In this document: one piece after another, positions 57,466 to 64,000 of the stretch
Position numbering within the stretch: position 1 is the first letter of the stretch
Layout: the number at the start of each line of letters is the position of its first letter
Assembly: GCA_002269645.1 (NCBI GenBank)
Contig: NIVC01002290.1
Location: 1 to 64,000, forward strand
Direction of reading: 5' to 3'
DNA from: Macrostomum lignano
Taxonomy: Eukaryota
DNA length: 64,000 nt
The notes under the pieces: generated by a model
The model's database searches: none
What the model saw: the letters and a program-made list of their open reading frames with translations, nothing else
What the model was told of the DNA's origin: nothing
Made by a program: the position numbers and the translations under genes

Positions 57466-58629
57466 ATTAGATTTTTTGACACACCATTTGTCAAACACCA
57501 TTTCTCAAATTTTTTGCCCTACCATATAAGAAAATGAACTCGAGTTGCTGGTAAAACAATGCAATTTTGTAAATTTGCTTCAAAGATATGTTGTCCGTCC
57601 CTGAAATGAACTGCTGAGCGAGCTTGGGTTTATAAAAATGAGTTTGAAAATATTTCTACTCACTATAACTTATTTTACTGTTTGTTTGCTATTTGCTATT
57701 TGTTATAAATCTTCTATTTCTCTGTCTGAAAATTTCTTTTCACATGTCTTTTTTGTTTTAGAAATAATAAAATAGCGACTACATCAATGATATCAAAGGT
57801 AAAGTTTCATTTCAGAATTTGCTATCATCAGCTTAACTAGTCAGCTGACTCTCATTAGCTTGCGCTTGTTCGTCATAAGTACTTAAATGCATACGAAGTA
57901 TATACTTAGCAAAACAGCTTTCTACTTTCAGTTCAGTAGCAAAGGAGAATACACAAGCTATTTTATAAAAAAAGGCAGCTGAAATGACTTTGATAAGTTT
58001 AGAAGCCCAAGCTTGCAGGCATAAACAACTTTTGCTAATTGGTTCAGCAATAATGTACATTAGCCAGTCCACTAAAATGTACATGGCAGCTTTAGGCTGG
58101 AATTCCGTGAAAAGCAATAAAAATTGGGGCGGGGCGGGGGTAGTGTGGAAAGGCACGGTTGGAGGGTTTAAGCTGAGGGTTAAAAGCAATAAATTGAGCC
58201 TTGGCTTTAAAAATACAATAAAATGCTTCTGTTTAACTTACTACTGAGCTGAAAGTAGCTTACACGCAAAAGTGCTGATTGGCCGATCTAGTTATTCTAG
58301 TATCTGTGATAAGTAGTGACTGATGATGCCTTAGCCACCCTGTTTTTAACTTTTATTATGTTTAACTTTTTATTATTTTGACAAATAAAATTACAATAAT
58401 TTTCAAGTAATGAATAAATGAAAACAAGTGTTTGTAATCACTTTTTTGCCTATCAAAACAGCCGGTGTGCTGGTTTTAACATTCGAAAGTTTATTTTTCA
58501 CAAAAGGGTGCCGCAGTGGCAGCTTCAGAGCTAACAGTGTCTGTCTCTCGCGCCGCGAGCCCAGGTTCGATTCCGCGTGCGCGGCCGGCCACATGCATTT
58601 GGGGCCTGTGCACAGAGCACAGTTTTGCA

Positions 58630-59415
58630 TGTGTGGTATTTGTGTGGTATTTGTGTGGTATTGGTGTAGTATTGGTGTGGTATTGGTGTGGCATCTGTGT
58701 GGTATTGGTGTGGCATCTGTGTGGTATCCGTGTGGTGCTGGTGTGGTATCCGTGTGGTGCTGGTGTGGTATCCGTGTGGTGCTGGTGTGGTATCCGTGTG
58801 GTGCTGGTGTGGTATCCGTGTGGTGCTGGTGTGGTATTCGTGTGGTGCTGGTGTGGTATCCGTGTGGTACTGGTGTGGTATCCGTGTGGTGCTGGTGTGG
58901 TATCCGTGTGGTGCTGGTGTGGTATCCGTGTGGTGCTGGTGTGGTATCCGTGTGGTGCTGGTGTGGTATCCGTGTGGTGCTGGTGTGGTATCCGTGTGGT
59001 GCTGGTGTGGTATCCGTGTGGTGCTGGTGTGGTATCCGTGTGGTACTGGTGTGGTATCCGTGTGGTGCTGGTGTGGTATCCGTGTGGTGCTGGTGTGGTA
59101 TCCGTGGTGCTGGTGTGGTATCCGTGTGGTGCTGGTGTGGTATCCGTGTGGTGCTGGTGTGGTATCCGTGTGGTGCTGGTGTGGTATCCGTGGTGCTGGT
59201 GTGGTATCCATGTGGTGCTGGTGTGGTATCCGTGGTGCTGGTGTGGTATCCGTGTGGTGCTGGTGTGGTATCCATGTGGTGCTGGTGTGGTATCCGTGTG
59301 GTGCTGGTGTGGTATCCGTGTGGTGCTGGTGTGGTATCCGTGTGGTGCTGGTGTGGTATCCGTGTTGTGCTGGTGTGGTATCCGTGTGGTGCTGGTGTGG
59401 TATCCGTGTGGTGCT
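58630..59415. repeat. Minisatellite, 22 bp unit GGTGTGGTATCCGTGTGGTGCT
   Basis: About 35 copies, intergenic. Confidence 0.97.
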
Positions 59416-59972
59416 GATTGTTAGCTTCAGTTTCAACCTAGCATATCCGGTGTGACAGCAAAGCAGCAGCATGTACCATACGGACGTTCGATAAGTTTTA
59501 TAATCAGTCTAGTGGCAATGTTGAGTCAAAAACTCGCCAAGAACAGAGCAGATTTGCCAACCAGCAGTCTGTAAATGCTCACTGCATGAGCATGCCCAAC
59601 ACCCAGCTCTCTATCAGCTGGGCTAAGTACTCTCTGCCTGTACCTGCTCAAATCTTATCACCTTACCAAGGTAAATTCATTTCGAGCAATTGAGTTAAAA
59701 TATGCCTACAACAGAACGCTTCGTGGCTTCAAAAGTTGTTTGAAAATGCAAATTCTGTAGCAAATACCAACAGTTGCAATCGTTTTCATATTTATGCTGA
59801 ATTCATATATCCACTATGAATTATTCGACTCTGGGCACCACCGCTCTGCCCGAGATTAAATCCATATTCGAATGCGGTAAGCAATCATATCTGCGATTCC
59901 CCCAACTCTCACTAATTCCCTCGCCGATTCCCCGTGCAACTCTCCCGAATTCCCTCCCCGATGCCCTATCCA

Positions 59973-62900
59973 ACTTACTTACTTACTTAGCTGCAGGGCT
60001 GTCCCGGGGGGACACAGCGGGAAGGCGCGAACGCCCATTCCGCTAATCCCTGAACGGCCGACGCGTCGCTATGGACGAAGGGTTGGCGCCGCCCAGGGAG
60101 GTCCCCCAGTGTCGCCAGCAGCTATGGTGCTCTCTGGAAAGGAGAGTTCAGCCCTGCGGGTGGCCCGGAGGTAGCGCATGAACTGATTAAAGTTTTCGGG
60201 TTTGCACGCTTCAGTAATAGATGTGTGTGGCCCGAGGTAAGTGAGTCTGGCCCGCGTGAAGGCGGGACAGATGCTGACGAAATGTTCAGCGGTTTCGTCA
60301 CCTGAGTTACAGAAACTGCAGATGGCGTTGGTGGCGTTGCCCTGCAGGTACTGGTGCCTAGAGAAGCAGCCGTGACCAGAAAGGGTCATGGTGGCAGCCC
60401 GGATGTCTCTGCGCGAGAGGCGCAAGAGGAGCTTCCGGAGCTGGTGAGAGGGCTGAGGGACAGCGCCTCTGGATTGCCTGCAGGTAGTGCAGTTCGCCCA
60501 AGTCGAGCGGTGCTGGGTCCTGATCCACGCTTTGATGCGCGAGTCGATGACACAGCCAGGAATCGGGACAAGGGGTTCGGGACCGAGAGAGGAGCCGGAA
60601 ACGCCAACTTTCGCAAGGGCGTCAGCCAACTCATTTCCTCGGATCCCCACATGCCCCGGAACCCACTTGAGGGTGATTTTGTTGGTGGAGCCCAACATGT
60701 TGAGGAGTTTGATACAGTCGAGGACTGTAGCAGAATTGGTGCTGCAGCCACTGATGGCGTGCAAGGCAGCTTGGCTGTCCGAATGGAAAATGATGTTCTT
60801 ACCGGTAACGCCAGTGGCGAGGAGCTCTGCGATGCAGGAGCTGATGGCGAGAACTTCATTTTGGAAGACACTGGAGTTGACCCCAGTGTACTGAGCGTGG
60901 GTTGCGATGACCCTCCCGTTCAGGAAGATTCCAGCACCAAAACCGGTGTTGGCTGACTGCTTAGAACCATCGGTGTAGCAATGAAGCTCACCAGGGTTCC
61001 AGTGGTCATTGAGGGTATCGCGCGAGTCGATAGCTACGGGTAGCGTTGTCTCAGGTTGAGCTTTGAGGCAATGCCATTGGTGAAGACGCGATTGGCCTGA
61101 CACTCGTTGAGAAAGTTGAGGCACAGGTCGCTATGCGGGACGAGGTTCCGCTTAGCAGGTGCCCTCATGTAAAGGAATTTGACACCGGCATCAAGTAAAC
61201 GCCGCGTCGTTCTAGCTGCCTCACCCCTGACGAAGAGGTCGAGAGGCGGTAGATTAAGGAAGGCCCCCATGCCGGCAAAGGGTGTGGACCTGGTGGCGTT
61301 GCAGATAAGCCTACACGCTCTGCCCTGGATCGTGTTGAGAAAATCTGCATGGCTTTTGACCTGGGTAGCGCTAACCCAGACAACCGAGGCGTACGTAATG
61401 GCAGGTCTAACTACGGAAGTGTAGATCCACCAAAGCCGCTTTGGGGAAAGACCCCAAAAGGTGCCAAGTGCTCGTCGGAGCTGGGCCAGGATGGCTGAGG
61501 CACGCTTGGCTTTTGCTTTCACGTGGAAGGGCCAGTTGAGCCGGTGGTCAAGTATGACCCCTAGACATCTGGTCTGGTGCGCGAAGGCAATATCTCCGCC
61601 GTAAAGCTGCAGAGGTCGTATGTTCCAGCGTATTCTGCTGGTGAACATAATGGCAACAGTTTTGGGCTCAGAGTTCCAGACCGTTGTCATTGGCCCAGGA
61701 TTCTGCTTTGCGAATAAAACTCTGCATCAGATCCCTGAACGTGCTGGAGGACGGCCCAGCCACAATGGCAGTGACGTCGTCAGCATACCCGACTTTGAAG
61801 ACGGGATCAGGTCGGGAGTCGCCCAGAAGAGCGTCCATGACCAGGTTCCAGAGCGTCGGGGTGAGGACTCCGCCTTGGGGTCCACCCTTACAGACTCTGG
61901 CGGAGGCAGTTTGCCCAAGAAGTTGGGCAGTGACCGTACGGTTAGAGATCATGTACATGATCCACCGTATGAGGGTAGCGTGAGCTTTGCGATTTTGAAA
62001 CGCTTCAAAGATAACGTTGTCGAAGGCGCCAACAATGTCGAGATAGAGAGCCAGGGCGTAACCGTCACCCAGTACCGCCCGTTCAATCTTCTCGACTATC
62101 GCATGCAGGGCGCTGTCAGTCGACCTCCCGGTACGGAAGGCGTGCTGATGATTGCTGAGAGGCATTGCTGTCAGCTCGCAAGAAAGCAGCCGCCAGAGAA
62201 TAAGCCTCTCAGTGAGCTTAAGCATTGCTGACGTTAAGCTAATTGGCCTAAAGGCCTTGACGCTCTGGTAGTCACCCTTCCCAGGTTTGGGAATGAAGAC
62301 TACCCGAGCTTCGGTCCAGCACTTGGGAACGTATCCCAGCTGGATAGAGGCCCGCATGAGATTGCGGGTAAGTCTCAAGAACGGGGGTATCTTGGCTGCT
62401 TCACGAAGGAGAACAGTGTAGATACTATCAGGTCCAGGAGATTTGAAGGGCTTGAAGGTTCTGACCGCACGAGCGATTAAGTCTTCAGTGATAATGCCCG
62501 CCGCTAGGGTAGCTCCATCCATTGAATGGTTGGGTTCCGATCCGGCAGTGGGTATCCTCAGGAAGAATGTGCTGAGCATATGCTGAAGCAATTCTTCAGG
62601 GTCTTTAGTAAGAGAGCCATCATCTTTTCTGATCATGGCTAATTTGGACATTTTGTCCATTGTAAGGGCCTTGAAAAGCCTAGAAGTAGGTCTGTCTTGA
62701 TCCAACTCATTGCAGAATTGGCGCCATTTACATTCCTTGGCCTTGCGCACTTCAGATTTGAAGTTGCGGGAGGCTTGTCGGAAAAGCTCCATGTCCTCCG
62801 GGTTTCCGGTCTTCATGGCACGGCGGTGAAGGCTTTTGGCCTTCCGCCTGAGTTTCCCCAGCTCCGGGTTCCACCACGGCGCCGAGGTCTTGCCTTTGTA

Positions 62901-64000
62901 GGCACGGACAGGGCAGGCCGCCTCATAGGCTGCAATAATGCAACCTGTCAGCGTCTCAGCCGCATGGTCCACATCCTCGCAGGTCTCAATCGGACGTAAG
63001 TCTGTGAGTTCCTGCAGGTGCAGATCAAGGGTAGCCTTATAGGCCGCCCAATCAGTGTTGCGGATGTTACGCCTCCAAGTAATCGAGTACTGGGGTTTAG
63101 TGTTCGCGATGTTAAAGGCGATAAAGCAGTGGTCAGACAGGGAGGGCTCCTCAGACCCGACTCTCCACTCCTCAACTCTGTCAAAGAGTCTTGGGGTAAC
63201 GAGTGTGGCGTCTAGGACCTCAGTCCATCTGCCATTGTTGAAGGTAGGAGTGCTACCGCGGTTGCAGAGCATGAGGTTTGTGTTAGAGATAAGGGTTAGA
63301 AGCTCCTCCCCTCTAGTATTGGTGTCTTTGCTGCCCCAGTGCTTATGGTGTGCGTTGAGGTCGCCCCCTAAACACAGCTCAGCGTTCTGGGACTCGCAGT
63401 ACTCTCGGGAGCAGGGTCTCTGTCGCCTGGGATGTAAATCGAGGCAATGAGACACGTACGCGGAGAGAGATGATTAGATTGGATGACACAAAGGTCTCCA
63501 TCAGAGAGATCAGTCCTCAGCCAAGCCTGGAGATGGCTGGCAGCGAGGATAGCCGCTCTAGGGCGGTTGTTCCCCGGGCCACACATAAAAGTCAGAGTAG
63601 CCAGAGGGAATGTTGGGCAACTCACCGTTGCGCATCCAGGGTTCCTGGATCAGGATGAGACCTGGCCTGTGCAGCTCAGCAATCTTCATCAGATTTACTG
63701 ACGCAGATACGCAATGCTGTAGATTTATTTGCAGACAGAATGTCGCTCCTTTGGCAGCGTGGAGCTTAGTCATAAATTAAATGCAAATTAAATGCAATTG
63801 TCTGGCTAGAGTCCGGGCCATCAAGGAGACTTGGACAGCAGGAGACTTGGCAAATCTTCCTCGTCCCAGGCCGTTGGGGCTTGACTGGGAGATGGGAGTT
63901 GGTCGATGTCCATGGCCTCCTCACCCCCACCAGCCCCCAGCCAGCAGAGTCCTCGGGCTCCGATGACAGGATGGAGGAAGCTTCCTCATCTGCATCTTTG
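59973..64000 (-). mobile_element. Non-LTR retrotransposon (APE-RT-RNase H-CCHC; LOA/R1/I group), 5' part outside the window
   Basis: ORF2 runs from ATG 63773 to 60069 with three frameshifts (~63460, ~61680, ~61040). APE (INLQH, LIQEPW, GGDLNAHH, SDH), RT (FRPISL, LDIVGAFD, GPQGGVLTP, YADD), RNase H (YTDGSK, SDSQAAL, WVPGHVGIRGNELAD) and CSFC...HFVSIC. (TAAG)n tail at 59973-59988. Confidence 0.95.

Noticed and set aside
58506-58590. Functional tRNA gene
   Set aside because: The T-arm and acceptor stems do not pair; kept only as a possible SINE head.
58403-59472. His/Thr- and Cys/Trp-rich ORFs
   Set aside because: They come from the 22-bp repeat and have no splice or start context.

Overview
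Animal genomic DNA with GC-rich exons and introns filled by tandem repeats. This style suggests a free-living flatworm such as Macrostomum, which is an inference only. Spliced gene models were built by hand from GT-AG sites with consistent phases: DNMBP/Tuba (+, 1445-10940), DENR (+, 13321-14516, one frameshift), bestrophin (-, 25177-17679), MXRA7-like (-), SDR39U1 (-), ITPA (-, one frameshift), an intronless divergent alpha-tubulin (+, 41716-43086), NEK4 (+, 52245-57152) and a tentative unknown gene at the left edge. Mobile elements: a decayed BEL/Pao LTR element with a young, internally deleted Ty3/Gypsy nested inside it, a solo LTR inserted in a minisatellite, two copies of a tRNA-derived CORE-SINE, a possible MITE, and an RNase H-containing LINE at the right edge. 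Most striking observations: (1) 16 of the 20 introns of the identified genes carry their own unrelated tandem array, and in one case a repeat copy straddles the splice acceptor; (2) five RFX X-boxes cluster in the ~380 bp between ITPA and SDR39U1; (3) ITPA-SDR39U1-MXRA7 is packed like an operon; (4) CCAAT-type arrays start right after two stop codons; (5) the alpha-tubulin has R40 and no C-terminal Tyr. Most long ORFs in the supplied track are artefacts of the tandem repeats.
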